DNA of 26,200 nt from a virus (Duplodnaviria; Caudoviricetes): positions 1 to 26,200 of IMG/VR virus record IMGVR_UViG_3300035164_000036; one strand, given 5' to 3'. The position numbers and the translations under genes were made by a program. The notes beneath the pieces were generated by a model, which saw nothing but the letters and a program-made list of their open reading frames with translations, was not told where the DNA came from and made no database searches. How positions within the stretch are numbered: the first letter of the stretch is position 1; each line of letters opens with the position of its first letter. Below, one piece after another: positions 8,196 through 17,400 of this stretch.

Positions 8196-9068
8196 ATGAG
8201 TACAGAACTAGCAATAGCAAATGAACGTGGTCAATCGATGGCTGAACTAATGGGTGTATCATCTACACCTACTACTTCAACAACACCTTCGATCTCACGT
8301 TTGGGTATGCTTCACCAACCTATTATGGGTGAAGTAGAACTCAATGGCAAGATGATTAAGACAGAGGTAGTGCCTGTAGGTGCGTTCACCTTAAAGACAG
8401 GTGATGATATTATCTACAGTGTAGGTGCAACTGTCCGTGTCTTTGCCCAACGCAATCAGTGGCAACGTTGGAACAGTGACACTGAAGAGATGGAGAAGTC
8501 TGTTATGTCTAACTCCCTCAACGGTGACTTGAAGGATAGTATTGGTGGGTTCAACTTAGGTAGACCTACTGGTTATATCGAAGACTTCAATGCGTTGGAC
8601 GATGCAACCAAGCAAGTGATACGTTCAGTCAAACGTGTCGTAGTATACTATGGTACTGTCACACTAGACAGCCCTATGAATGAGAAGGGTGAGCCAATAA
8701 AATCTAAAGCAAACATACCGTTTGTTATGGATGTAAAGAACCGTGACAGTTTAAAAAGTATTAATGGTGTAATGAATAACTTCAAAAAGAAGAATGTATT
8801 ACCCATTATGTCTACCGTAAATCTAGAAGGTGTGGAAGATAGCATACCTACTGGTGCTAAGTTTGGTAAGATAAAAGCCACCACTGGTGATGCTGTTGAA
8901 CTTGCAAGCGAAGACAACGATACTCTAAAAGATTTCCTTGAACTCATTGAGTATAGCAACGGTAAGATACTAGACCTTCACCATGAACGTGCCAAAGGTG
9001 GTGCTGATAGTGATGAAGATCTTGTCGAAGGTATAATCAATAATGACTTCGTGGAGGTTGATGAGTAA
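8196..9068 (+). CDS. Putative single-stranded DNA-binding / recombination protein
   Basis: Located between polA and exonuclease; beta-rich core; acidic C-terminal tail (DSDEDLVE...DFVEVDE); AAGGA SD. Confidence 0.5.
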   Translation: MSTELAIANERGQSMAELMGVSSTPTTSTTPSISRLGMLHQPIMGEVELNGKMIKTEVVPVGAFTLKTGDDIIYSVGATVRVFAQRNQWQRWNSDTEEMEKSVMSNSLNGDLKDSIGGFNLGRPTGYIEDFNALDDATKQVIRSVKRVVVYYGTVTLDSPMNEKGEPIKSKANIPFVMDVKNRDSLKSINGVMNNFKKKNVLPIMSTVNLEGVEDSIPTGAKFGKIKATTGDAVELASEDNDTLKDFLELIEYSNGKILDLHHERAKGGADSDEDLVEGIINNDFVEVDE

Positions 9069-9931
9069 TGAACCACCCTGCTGAACTACAGGTCTTCAGC
9101 TATCTGCAAAAGGCCATGAAGGGTGAAGCTACAATGACAGAGGAGGTAGCCAATCAGGTTGCCTCCGATGTTAAAGCTGCCTTGGACAAACAGTTTAATG
9201 CTCCTCCACGTGATGAGTTTAAGCTACGTATGTCTAATATAGGCAGACCTAAGTGCCAGTTGTGGTTTGAGAAGAACGATCCTGAAGATAAGATACCCTT
9301 GCCTCCACACTTCCTGATAAACATGCTACTAGGAGATTTAGTTGAAGCTGTGTTCAAAGGATTGCTACGTGCGTCAGGTGCTGAGTTTAAAGACAATGAT
9401 ACTGTTACATTGAAGCTACCAGATGGACAAGAGATACAGGGTGAGTACGACATGGAAATGGATGGCAAGATAGATGATGTAAAGTCTGCATCACCTTGGT
9501 CTTACGCTAACAAGTTTGACTCACTTGAATCTTTACAGAAGGGTGATGGCTTCGGTTATATACCACAATTAGTGGGCTATTCTAAGGCTGCAGAAAAAGA
9601 AGTTGGTGGCTGGTGGGTGGTCAATAAAGGCAACGGTGAGTTTAAGTATGTCAGTGCTTCGGAGGTTGACTCTGAGCAGGTAATTCAAGACATCCAGGAA
9701 ACGGTAAATTATATTGAAAAAGATGAGCCGTTTGAAAGGTGCTTTGAAGCTGTGCCTGAGACATATTTTAAGAAGCAATCTGGTAACTTGGTACTAAACA
9801 ATGCATGTAAATTTTGTAGCTTCAAAAACAAATGTTGGGAAGGTTTGAAAACATTACCTTCAAGAGTATCCAAAGCTAAGAACCCACCAGAAGTTGACTA
9901 CGTTTTTATAGGTGATGGTCTTGCCACGTAG
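9068..9931 (+). CDS. PD-(D/E)xK exonuclease, Cas4/RecB-like with predicted Fe-S cysteines
   Basis: GEYD...DVKS and QLVGY motifs; N-terminal Cys plus C-terminal CKFCSFKNKC. Confidence 0.8.
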   Translation: MNHPAELQVFSYLQKAMKGEATMTEEVANQVASDVKAALDKQFNAPPRDEFKLRMSNIGRPKCQLWFEKNDPEDKIPLPPHFLINMLLGDLVEAVFKGLLRASGAEFKDNDTVTLKLPDGQEIQGEYDMEMDGKIDDVKSASPWSYANKFDSLESLQKGDGFGYIPQLVGYSKAAEKEVGGWWVVNKGNGEFKYVSASEVDSEQVIQDIQETVNYIEKDEPFERCFEAVPETYFKKQSGNLVLNNACKFCSFKNKCWEGLKTLPSRVSKAKNPPEVDYVFIGDGLAT

Positions 9932-10358
9932 ACATAACAAAAGGTTATACCGTAGCGGTCTTGAACAAGAGGCTGCTGCGTTTTTAAAGAAAAGACAAAA
10001 GTCGGTAGAGTATGAGAAGATAAAGATAGAGTGGGAAGACTTATGCTATAGAACATACACTCCTGATTTTGAATTAGACAACGGTATTATAATAGAAACA
10101 AAAGGTATATTCAGTGCGGCAGACAGACGTAAACACATAGAGATACGGAAACAACACCCAAAGATAGACATTAGGTTTGTATTTAGTAATGCTAAAGCTA
10201 GATTATACAAAGGTGCAAAGTCTAGGTATTGTGACTGGTGTGAACAAAAGAACTTTAAGTGGGCGCATCGTGTTATACCTGAAGGGTGGCTACTAGAAAA
10301 AGGCAAGCGAATGAAAGATCAGCGTGTCACAGTTAAAAGGAGAGGCAATGGCCTATGA
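9912..10358 (+). CDS. T7 gp3-like endonuclease I (Holliday junction resolvase)
   Basis: YRSGLE, YTPDF, IIIETKG, DRRKH, DIRFVF motifs. Confidence 0.92.
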   Translation: MMVLPRRHNKRLYRSGLEQEAAAFLKKRQKSVEYEKIKIEWEDLCYRTYTPDFELDNGIIIETKGIFSAADRRKHIEIRKQHPKIDIRFVFSNAKARLYKGAKSRYCDWCEQKNFKWAHRVIPEGWLLEKGKRMKDQRVTVKRRGNGL

Positions 10359-10704
10359 AGTAAAAGATGGGGATGTGGCTATAGTTATTAGCCCTGAACT
10401 AGATGATGAAGGTGCATGGACAGGAGTTCTTAGAACAGGTTTAGTCTTTGGCGAGTCTCAACATCCACTTGCTATGCGTAGTGCTATGGACTATGGACTT
10501 ACTATGGCAGCAGCAGGTGAGGTTTTAGAAGAATATCCTGAACTCACGGATTACTTTGATGAAGCAAGGCACAGGATATTAAAAGAAATGTTTCCTAAAC
10601 AATATGCTGAATCAGAGCTTGCAATATCTAAAGAAAAAGAATATACCACAGATGGTAACATAATCAAGTTAACTAAATGGACAAAGACACTGGGCGAAGC
10701 ATGA
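10348..10704 (+). CDS. Hypothetical phage protein (start revised from 10324)
   Basis: AGGAGAGG SD before ATG 10348; ATGA coupling downstream. Confidence 0.7.
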   Translation: MAYEVKDGDVAIVISPELDDEGAWTGVLRTGLVFGESQHPLAMRSAMDYGLTMAAAGEVLEEYPELTDYFDEARHRILKEMFPKQYAESELAISKEKEYTTDGNIIKLTKWTKTLGEA

Positions 10705-10997
10705 GTAAAGATTCAGAAGACGAGTTTGAATTAGAGTTTGATGTCGAGGATATGTTTAAGGAATGGGATGAGATGCAAGAAGACTTAGTAAATAGCCCAC
10801 CTCACTACAACAAGGGTGGCGTAGAATGTATTGATGCTATTATGGCTGCTACTAACCATAACAAAGAAGGATACCTACAAGGTAATGTAATGAAGTACGT
10901 ATGGAGGTATGACTACAAGGGCGGCTTAGAAGATTTACAAAAGGCAGAATGGTATCTAAAAAAACTTATTGAGGTATACAAAGAGAAACACAAATGA
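10701..10997 (+). CDS. DUF3310 protein (T7 gp1.7-like nucleotide kinase family)
   Basis: VNSPPHY..GGVECIDAI...GNVMKYVWRY..KGGLEDLQKAEWYL. Confidence 0.88.
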   Translation: MSKDSEDEFELEFDVEDMFKEWDEMQEDLVNSPPHYNKGGVECIDAIMAATNHNKEGYLQGNVMKYVWRYDYKGGLEDLQKAEWYLKKLIEVYKEKHK

Positions 10998-11164
10998 TAC
11001 GCAAGTTTAGTGTCACGTATGTGATGGAGGTAGACGAGGATAATAACTTCTTATCTGCTCACGAAGAAGGACATACGGAAGATGTGCATGACTTGATAAG
11101 TAATGTTATGCATGATATAGATGATGTGAAGATACACAACCTGAGTGTGAAGGAGAGACAATGA
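10994..11164 (+). CDS. 56-aa acidic His-rich hypothetical protein (MIRKFSVTYVMEVDEDNNFLSAHEEGHTEDVHDLISNVMHDIDDVKIHNLSVKERQ), not in ORF track
   Basis: Read by hand; ATGA overlaps at both ends. Confidence 0.75.
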   Translation: MIRKFSVTYVMEVDEDNNFLSAHEEGHTEDVHDLISNVMHDIDDVKIHNLSVKERQ

Positions 11165-11517
11165 TAACACAGGAAGACATAGACCACTTTGCAGATATGC
11201 AATCACCCATCATGGACATGGGGTACTATCAACAAGAAGCAGTGAAGACTGCTATCTATACTGATCCTATTATTTACCCTGCGTTGGGCTTGGGTAACGA
11301 AGCAGGTGAGGTACAAGGCAAAGTCAAGAAGATGTTACGTGATGGTACGTTCAACAAGGATGCCATAGCTGCAGAGATTGGTGATGTGTTGTGGTATATT
11401 GCTGCACTGTGTCGTGATCTAGAGATAGACATGGCAGAGGTAGCGTTAAAGAACTTGTCTAAGCTGAAGAGCAGACAGGAAAGAGGAACTATACAAGGAA
11501 GTGGGGATAACAGATGA
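11161..11517 (+). CDS. mazG: MazG-like nucleotide pyrophosphohydrolase
   Basis: LGLGNEAGEV...KK..RD...EIGDVLWY...N..KL..R...G.IQGSGD.R. Confidence 0.9.
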   Translation: MITQEDIDHFADMQSPIMDMGYYQQEAVKTAIYTDPIIYPALGLGNEAGEVQGKVKKMLRDGTFNKDAIAAEIGDVLWYIAALCRDLEIDMAEVALKNLSKLKSRQERGTIQGSGDNR

Positions 11518-11714
11518 TTACAGATGTATCTCAACAAGGTTACTTAGCAGATAATTGTACTTTGTCATCATTTGACGATGCTTTAGAAAGATTAACGGTG
11601 AGACTTGATATTAGTGAAGAAGAACTTATAAAGAAACATCCTAGCTTAATTGAAACTTATATGAAATGTTGGTCTAAAAATTTTAAAACACTTATGGAGG
11701 CTTGGGATAGATGA
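11514..11714 (+). CDS. Hypothetical protein, 66 aa
   Basis: ATGA coupling on both sides; visibly AT-rich. Confidence 0.65.
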   Translation: MITDVSQQGYLADNCTLSSFDDALERLTVRLDISEEELIKKHPSLIETYMKCWSKNFKTLMEAWDR

Positions 11715-11857
11715 ACTATTGTACCACCAAGGGTCTGATATGGCCTGTCTTATTTTGTGTATTTGTAATAGTAGTGCTGCCAGTCTTACTGGTAGATAAC
11801 AAAAAGTATTGTAAACAAAGCATCGTTCCATGCTATCCTTGGAATGACCCAAAATGA
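11711..11857 (+). CDS. 48-aa single-TM Cys-containing microprotein (MNYCTTKGLIWPVLFCVFVIVVLPVLLVDNKKYCKQSIVPCYPWNDPK), not in ORF track
   Basis: Read by hand; GGAGG SD; ATGA overlaps at both ends. Confidence 0.7.
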   Translation: MNYCTTKGLIWPVLFCVFVIVVLPVLLVDNKKYCKQSIVPCYPWNDPK

Positions 11858-12063
11858 CACCAGCCCAAGCAGCAGAGATAGAAGCAAAGAAAACATTTGA
11901 ACTGTTTATACTTTGGTCAAAAAGAGGCACATTAGTAATCATACTTTGTTTACTATTTGTAGTTTTTAAATGTAACAACGGAGTAGAGACAGGCAAAGGT
12001 GCAACAGGAAGTAAATATAATGGAGAGGTGTACGCACCAACAAACATAGGGGAAGATAAATGA
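11854..12063 (+). CDS. Single-TM membrane protein, resembles aa3-type cytochrome c oxidase subunit IV
   Basis: KKTFELFILWSKRGTLVIILCLLFVVF; ATGA coupling on both sides; family resemblance is from memory only. Confidence 0.55.
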   Translation: MTPAQAAEIEAKKTFELFILWSKRGTLVIILCLLFVVFKCNNGVETGKGATGSKYNGEVYAPTNIGEDK

Positions 12064-13958
12064 GTAACTTACTACCAACAGACTATCAATCATTCATACA
12101 CCAGTCACGCTATGCTAAATACATAGATGGCAAAGGCCGTGAGTCATGGGCTGAAACAGTAGGACGCTACGTTGATAACGTGGTACGTCCGAAGCTAGGC
12201 AACGACTCATGGGTAAACCAAATAGAGCAATCTATACTTAGTTTAGATGTTATGCCAAGCATGAGAGCCATGATGACTAGTGGTGCTGCGTTGGACAGAG
12301 ACAACACAGCAGGGTACAACTGTAGCTACCTGCCAGTGGATGACCCTAAGTCTTTTGATGAGGCTATGTTCATACTCCTGTGTGGTACTGGTGTAGGCTT
12401 CAGCGTAGAGCGTCAGTTCATTCAGCAGCTACCTGATGTGCCTGAGTTGTTTGACAGCGATACTACTATTGTAGTCAAGGACAGCAAAGAGGGATGGGCT
12501 AAAGCATTCCGTCAGCTATTAGCGTTGCTGTGGGCAGGTGAGATACCCAAGTGGGATGTGTCACGTGTACGTCCTGCAGGTGCTAGACTCAAGACGTTTG
12601 GTGGTAGAGCCAGTGGACCTGGACCTCTTGTCGAACTTTTTAACTTCTCAGTACAAACATTCAAAAATGCACAAGGCCGTAAGCTATCCTCTATGGAATG
12701 TCACGACTTGATGTGTTTCATTGGTCAGATAGTTGTAGTGGGTGGAGTAAGACGCAGTGCTATGATCTCTCTGTCTAACCTGAGTGATGATCGTATGCGT
12801 CACGCTAAGTCAGGACAGTGGTGGGAGACTGCTGCACACAGAGCATTGGCTAACAACTCTGTATGTTACACAGAAAAGCCAGACATAGAAACATTCATGC
12901 GTGAGTGGACTGCGTTGGTAGAAAGTAAATCAGGAGAGAGGGGTATCTTTAATCGTGAAGCATCTAAGAACCAAGCTAAAAAATATGGTAGACGTGATCC
13001 TGACCACGAGTTCGGAACTAATCCGTGCAGTGAGATCATACTTAGACCCTACCAGTTTTGCAATCTTACGGAAGTTGTTGTTCGTGCCACTGATACGATT
13101 AAAGACTTGGAGCGTAAAGTCAAGATCGCCACAATACTTGGGACAATCCAAAGCTCGTACACAAAGTTTCCTTACTTGCGAAAAGTGTGGCAACGTAATA
13201 CGGAAGAAGAACGTCTGCTTGGTGTGTCTCTAACAGGTATCATGGACAACCCACTGATGACTGCAGTTAACTCTAACTTGGAGAAGACACTTGATAACTT
13301 ACGAAATATCGCACTGGCTACTAATCATGAATACGCTGACTTGCTTGATATACCTCAGTCTGCTGCTATTACCTGCGTCAAGCCTTCGGGTACTGTCTCG
13401 CAGTTGGTGGACAGTGCCAGTGGTATACATGCTCGTCACTCTCCATATTACATCCGTACTGTACGAGGTGATAATAAAGACCCACTTACACAGTTTATGA
13501 TTGATCAGAAGGTTCCCAATGAACCATGCGTATTCAAGAGTGACACTACAACTGTGTTTAGCTTTCCTGTAAAATCACCAGAAAACGCTATAACACGAAA
13601 CGATATGACTGCTATTGAGCAACTAGAGACATGGCTTACATACCAACGCCATTGGTGTGAACATAAACCTAGTGTAACAATATCAGTAAAGAATGATGAA
13701 TGGCTTGAGGTAGGAGCCTTTGTCTATAAACACTTCGATGAAATGTCGGGTGTATCTTTCCTACCACACTCAGATCATACCTATCAGCAAGCACCATATC
13801 AAGATTGTGGTAAACATGACTATGAATATCTACTGTCGTGTATGCCAGAGAAGATTGATTGGAACAAGTTGTCAGATTATGAGAAAGAAGATAACACTAA
13901 GTCCAGTCAAACTTTTGCTTGTACTGGTGACGTGTGTGAAATAGTCGATATAACATAG
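12060..13958 (+). CDS. nrdJ: Class II (adenosylcobalamin-dependent) ribonucleotide reductase
   Basis: YNC, GTGVG, VVVGGVRRSA, TNPCSEI, VKPSGT, C-terminal CTGDVC; no beta-subunit gene in window. Confidence 0.9.
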   Translation: MSNLLPTDYQSFIHQSRYAKYIDGKGRESWAETVGRYVDNVVRPKLGNDSWVNQIEQSILSLDVMPSMRAMMTSGAALDRDNTAGYNCSYLPVDDPKSFDEAMFILLCGTGVGFSVERQFIQQLPDVPELFDSDTTIVVKDSKEGWAKAFRQLLALLWAGEIPKWDVSRVRPAGARLKTFGGRASGPGPLVELFNFSVQTFKNAQGRKLSSMECHDLMCFIGQIVVVGGVRRSAMISLSNLSDDRMRHAKSGQWWETAAHRALANNSVCYTEKPDIETFMREWTALVESKSGERGIFNREASKNQAKKYGRRDPDHEFGTNPCSEIILRPYQFCNLTEVVVRATDTIKDLERKVKIATILGTIQSSYTKFPYLRKVWQRNTEEERLLGVSLTGIMDNPLMTAVNSNLEKTLDNLRNIALATNHEYADLLDIPQSAAITCVKPSGTVSQLVDSASGIHARHSPYYIRTVRGDNKDPLTQFMIDQKVPNEPCVFKSDTTTVFSFPVKSPENAITRNDMTAIEQLETWLTYQRHWCEHKPSVTISVKNDEWLEVGAFVYKHFDEMSGVSFLPHSDHTYQQAPYQDCGKHDYEYLLSCMPEKIDWNKLSDYEKEDNTKSSQTFACTGDVCEIVDIT

Positions 13959-13967
13959 GAGTTAAAT

Positions 13968-14084
13968 ATGGACGTAATAGCAACAGCAATAATAGTTTTC
14001 TTTGGTACATTTAGTATAGCAGAAAAATATCTTGAACCTTGGGTCAACGATAAAGTAGAACAGTACTACGAAGCAAAGGAATAA
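13968..14084 (+). CDS. 38-aa membrane microprotein (MDVIATAIIVFFGTFSIAEKYLEPWVNDKVEQYYEAKE), not in ORF track
   Basis: Read by hand; AGGAG SD; fills the gap after nrdJ. Confidence 0.7.
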   Translation: MDVIATAIIVFFGTFSIAEKYLEPWVNDKVEQYYEAKE

Positions 14085-14087
14085 GTT

Positions 14088-14288
14088 ATGGGCTTTTGGG
14101 TTTTAATAGCACTATTCATCTTTGATGGTAAGCCAATGGTTATGAGTGATAATATCTTGTATCCTAGTGTAGAATCTTGCCATGAAGCGGCACAGAAACG
14201 TAGAGATATATTAGATGCTACCAAACCTCAGTATGATTTCCAAGCAGACTACTGGGTATGGTGTACTAAAATGCCACAGGAGACATAA
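14088..14288 (+). CDS. Hypothetical protein with hydrophobic N-terminus and two Cys, 66 aa
   Basis: AAGGA SD; pattern shared with 541..768. Confidence 0.7.
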   Translation: MGFWVLIALFIFDGKPMVMSDNILYPSVESCHEAAQKRRDILDATKPQYDFQADYWVWCTKMPQET

Positions 14289-14482
14289 TGAAGCTGGAAC
14301 GTGAAGCTACAAATTATATGGAGGCAAAGCGTGAACAGTTCAAGAAAGACTTGAATGAGGCAATAAGAGTAGTAGATAAATTTTTACAGGATAATCTTGA
14401 GGATAATGATGAGCGCAAGAAAGCTAGGGATAAGCTTCTTGAGTGCAAGATGTGGGCAGGTCATAGCTATAAATCTAGTTAA
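14288..14482 (+). CDS. 64-aa helical-hairpin protein, possibly Acb2/Tad1-hairpin-like
   Basis: AGGAG SD and TAATG coupling; DERKKARDKLLECKMWAG motif. The ORF is well supported; the family call is tentative. Confidence 0.5.
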   Translation: MKLEREATNYMEAKREQFKKDLNEAIRVVDKFLQDNLEDNDERKKARDKLLECKMWAGHSYKSS

Positions 14483-17400
14483 GTTCTGCCACCTCTTTGT
14501 TTATGTCTTCAATGTAATTTCCAAACTGTATAAACTTTTGGAGTTCATCAAAGCTCATATCTTCAATGCTAGGCTCAGTGCCATACACTTCACTCATTAA
14601 TCTTAGAGCTTCCCTTCTTGTTTCTTTCTTGAACTTTCGGGAAGCTTTTACTTTTTTACTTAGCATACGAGTATTAACATCGTTATCTCGTTCCATATTT
14701 TCACGTACATGTTTTTTAACTTGTAACATTGTCTTACTTAGTAAGTCACGTTTTGTTGCCAAGTTAGCATTTTGAAAATCTGGACTATCAATTAACTTCT
14801 GTGTATATACCTCTAGTATGGGAGCAAGGTAGCCGTTGAAGATTCTATCATAGGCAGGTAGGTTTGTTCTCTCACTAGCTTTCCACGTAGCCATATCAGC
14901 CATTGAGTATGCTACCTCTGTAGCTGTCCTGCTTGGCTTTACTGTCAAACCAAAGATACGTGCGAAAGGATTAGCATCGTAAACATCACCTTTTCTTGTA
15001 CTTACATTTAGTGATTTACCAGTAAGTGCTTCGTTAGCAGACTCAAACTCTTTTCCTGTTACACCTTCTGCTGCGTCAATAAAAGTTTCTAGTATATTGT
15101 CTACATATTTTGTAGCTGATTGTGTGAACACAGAAGCACCGTCTGCTTGACGTACATCTTTAGCTGTGTCTGTTCCTGTAGCAAAACCTACAGCTTTGTT
15201 GAGTGCATCTAGTGGCCTAGTAAAACCTGAGACAAAGTTACCACCTACCTTGTAGAAACCGTCTATAGCTGCTGCTCTCTTGTCTACATCCACATTGGTT
15301 AACACATCTAACATATTGTTTATGTCGTTACCAAATTGTGCATCACGTGCAAGCTGACCCACTACCAACTGTGTACCCAGTTCTTGTTTTAGATCATCAG
15401 ATAACTGCTCACCGTTTCTCATAGTGTTAAGAACTCTACCTGCTGCTAACCATAGAGAGAATGGGAACGTGTTCTTAGCATCTATAATAGTACCACCGCC
15501 AACGTCTACTTCATATACACCCAGCTTCTTCTCTCTTCTTTCATTGTCGTAGTCCATAGACAATCTTAGTGCAGCACTACCTACAAGCATACGTGCAAAG
15601 GCATCTCTGTCTGTTACATTTGGTTCTTGTGTGTAAAGGTTTTTAGCAAACTTATAGAATTGTTGAGGTGCAGCTAATGGTGACCACTGATAAGCTGTAG
15701 CTATAACGTTGTTGAAGAATCTACCAAAAGGTAGAAGTGTACCAAAACCTGGAGTGTTAGAAAAAGTTTCAGCAAACTTAGCTGTACTACGTAGTAACTC
15801 AGGTGTCTTGTCTGTTGTGTAATCTGCTGCAAACACAGACTTCAATGTAGTATCTAGCGCACCTTGTATAACTTCTACGTCAGGCTCATCTCCTCTCATT
15901 ATAGCTTCTTTTAATGTAGTGTTTCTGTTTAGTCGCATATACTTATCCATCTCAGTCATAAACATCTGCGACTTAGTAAAGCTATCTTGTATACGCACAC
16001 CAGATACGTTGCTTGCTGCGTTGGTTGCAGCTTCTATGTTTCTAAAAAACTTATTGTTAGGATTTATACCGTATCTATCTGATGTAGCTTCTACACCTCC
16101 TGCCATAGTTTCAAAAAGTTTTTTCTTTACCTCTAGATTATTAGCATCCCCAAGAAACCTCATGTAAGCATCATGTGTGGTGTAAGGATCTAGTAAGTTA
16201 CGAAACTTCTGTGCTTGTATCTGTGTCAATGCACGTGCTTGACGTGCTGTTTCTCTAGCAGCGTTGGTGTCGTATGTTAATTGACCCATAGCTTTCATGC
16301 CTAACATAGTAGAGTTAAACAAGTCAGCCATCGACTGACCTACATAGTACTGAGCAAAGCCAGCTACGTTAATCGCTGTAGTAGCAGGGGATGAAACAAG
16401 TAAACGTTTCCATACAGACTGTCCATACTTCAAAGGTTGTGCAGCTTTTAGCTTTTTAACTTCGTTTACTGCATCCTCTATGTCATCTTCCATAGTACGT
16501 TTAGCTCTGTCTCCTGCAGCAACTATACCTGCATCAACAATTCTACGTGCTTGAGACATAACTGCAAGAGTTTTACCTGCCTCAGATATATCTTTAGCTA
16601 GTAAGTCTTTTAGTTCTATTCCTTTATCGCCTGTTAATTCTCCTAGCTTTAGGTCTGTGTATTTTCCCATAGCTTTGTTTATCTCAACAAGATCTTCTTC
16701 AGGTAAAAATCTAACTACATTAGTTATAACGTCAGCTACCTTTTTATTCTTAGGTATCTTTAAACCTTTGTCGTGTAGTATTTTTGCTAGTCCACCTTTA
16801 CCGTCTGATCCTAGTGTTATATTTCTAACTAGTTCGGATGGCATGACAGCAGTATTTATTTCATAGCCACTGGCTACTTTATCATTCCACTCTTTAATAT
16901 CTTTCTTTATTTGCTTTGCAACAGCTTTGGAATCTTTCTTAGAAAGTGTTGCTGAGTTTTCTTCTATTACGCTTTTAGATATTCTTTCTAGAGAGTCTCC
17001 TGTTTCATCAAAACCTGATACTCCACGAAACTTACCAAAGCCTAGTTGTGCTGCTCCTGCTACACCACCTAATAAAGAAGAAAATATAGATTGAGTCTTA
17101 CTAAACTGTTCTTGCGCTCCTGCTTGCATCAAAGTATTCTGAGCCATTGCATCTTGTAACACAGCAAATCCTGCGTCTGCTGCTATTGTAGCTTTTAAAG
17201 AAGTTCTGCTTGCTCTTTTAAATAACTCATCTTGTTTCTTACGCATGGCATCAAACGCCATACTTTTACGTCCTTCTTTTGTTACCTGTTTGGTTACCTG
17301 CTCTGCTATCTTTTTAGATTGAAAGTCAGACGTACCTGCTCTAACTGCTCTCTTGGCAGCTTCTATTCCTGCTTTTCTAGCAGCATTCTTTATTTGTGTT

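Noticed and set aside
8171-8197. Second promoter-like TTGACT...TAGAAT
   Set aside because: 15-nt spacer and the -10 overlaps the start codon at 8196
9068-9931. Cas4-like gene as a CRISPR-Cas component
   Set aside because: No repeat-spacer array or other cas genes; phage replication context
11161-11517. MazG as evidence of a Z-base (2-aminoadenine) or other modified-DNA system
   Set aside because: No PurZ, DatZ or base-modification genes in the window; MazG is common in marine podoviruses
185-13193. Many minus-strand ORFs antisense to the + arm genes (e.g. 1335..1652, 4048..4398, 8648..8959, 11646..12047)
   Set aside because: Shadow ORFs opposite well-supported, translationally coupled genes; no motifs recognised
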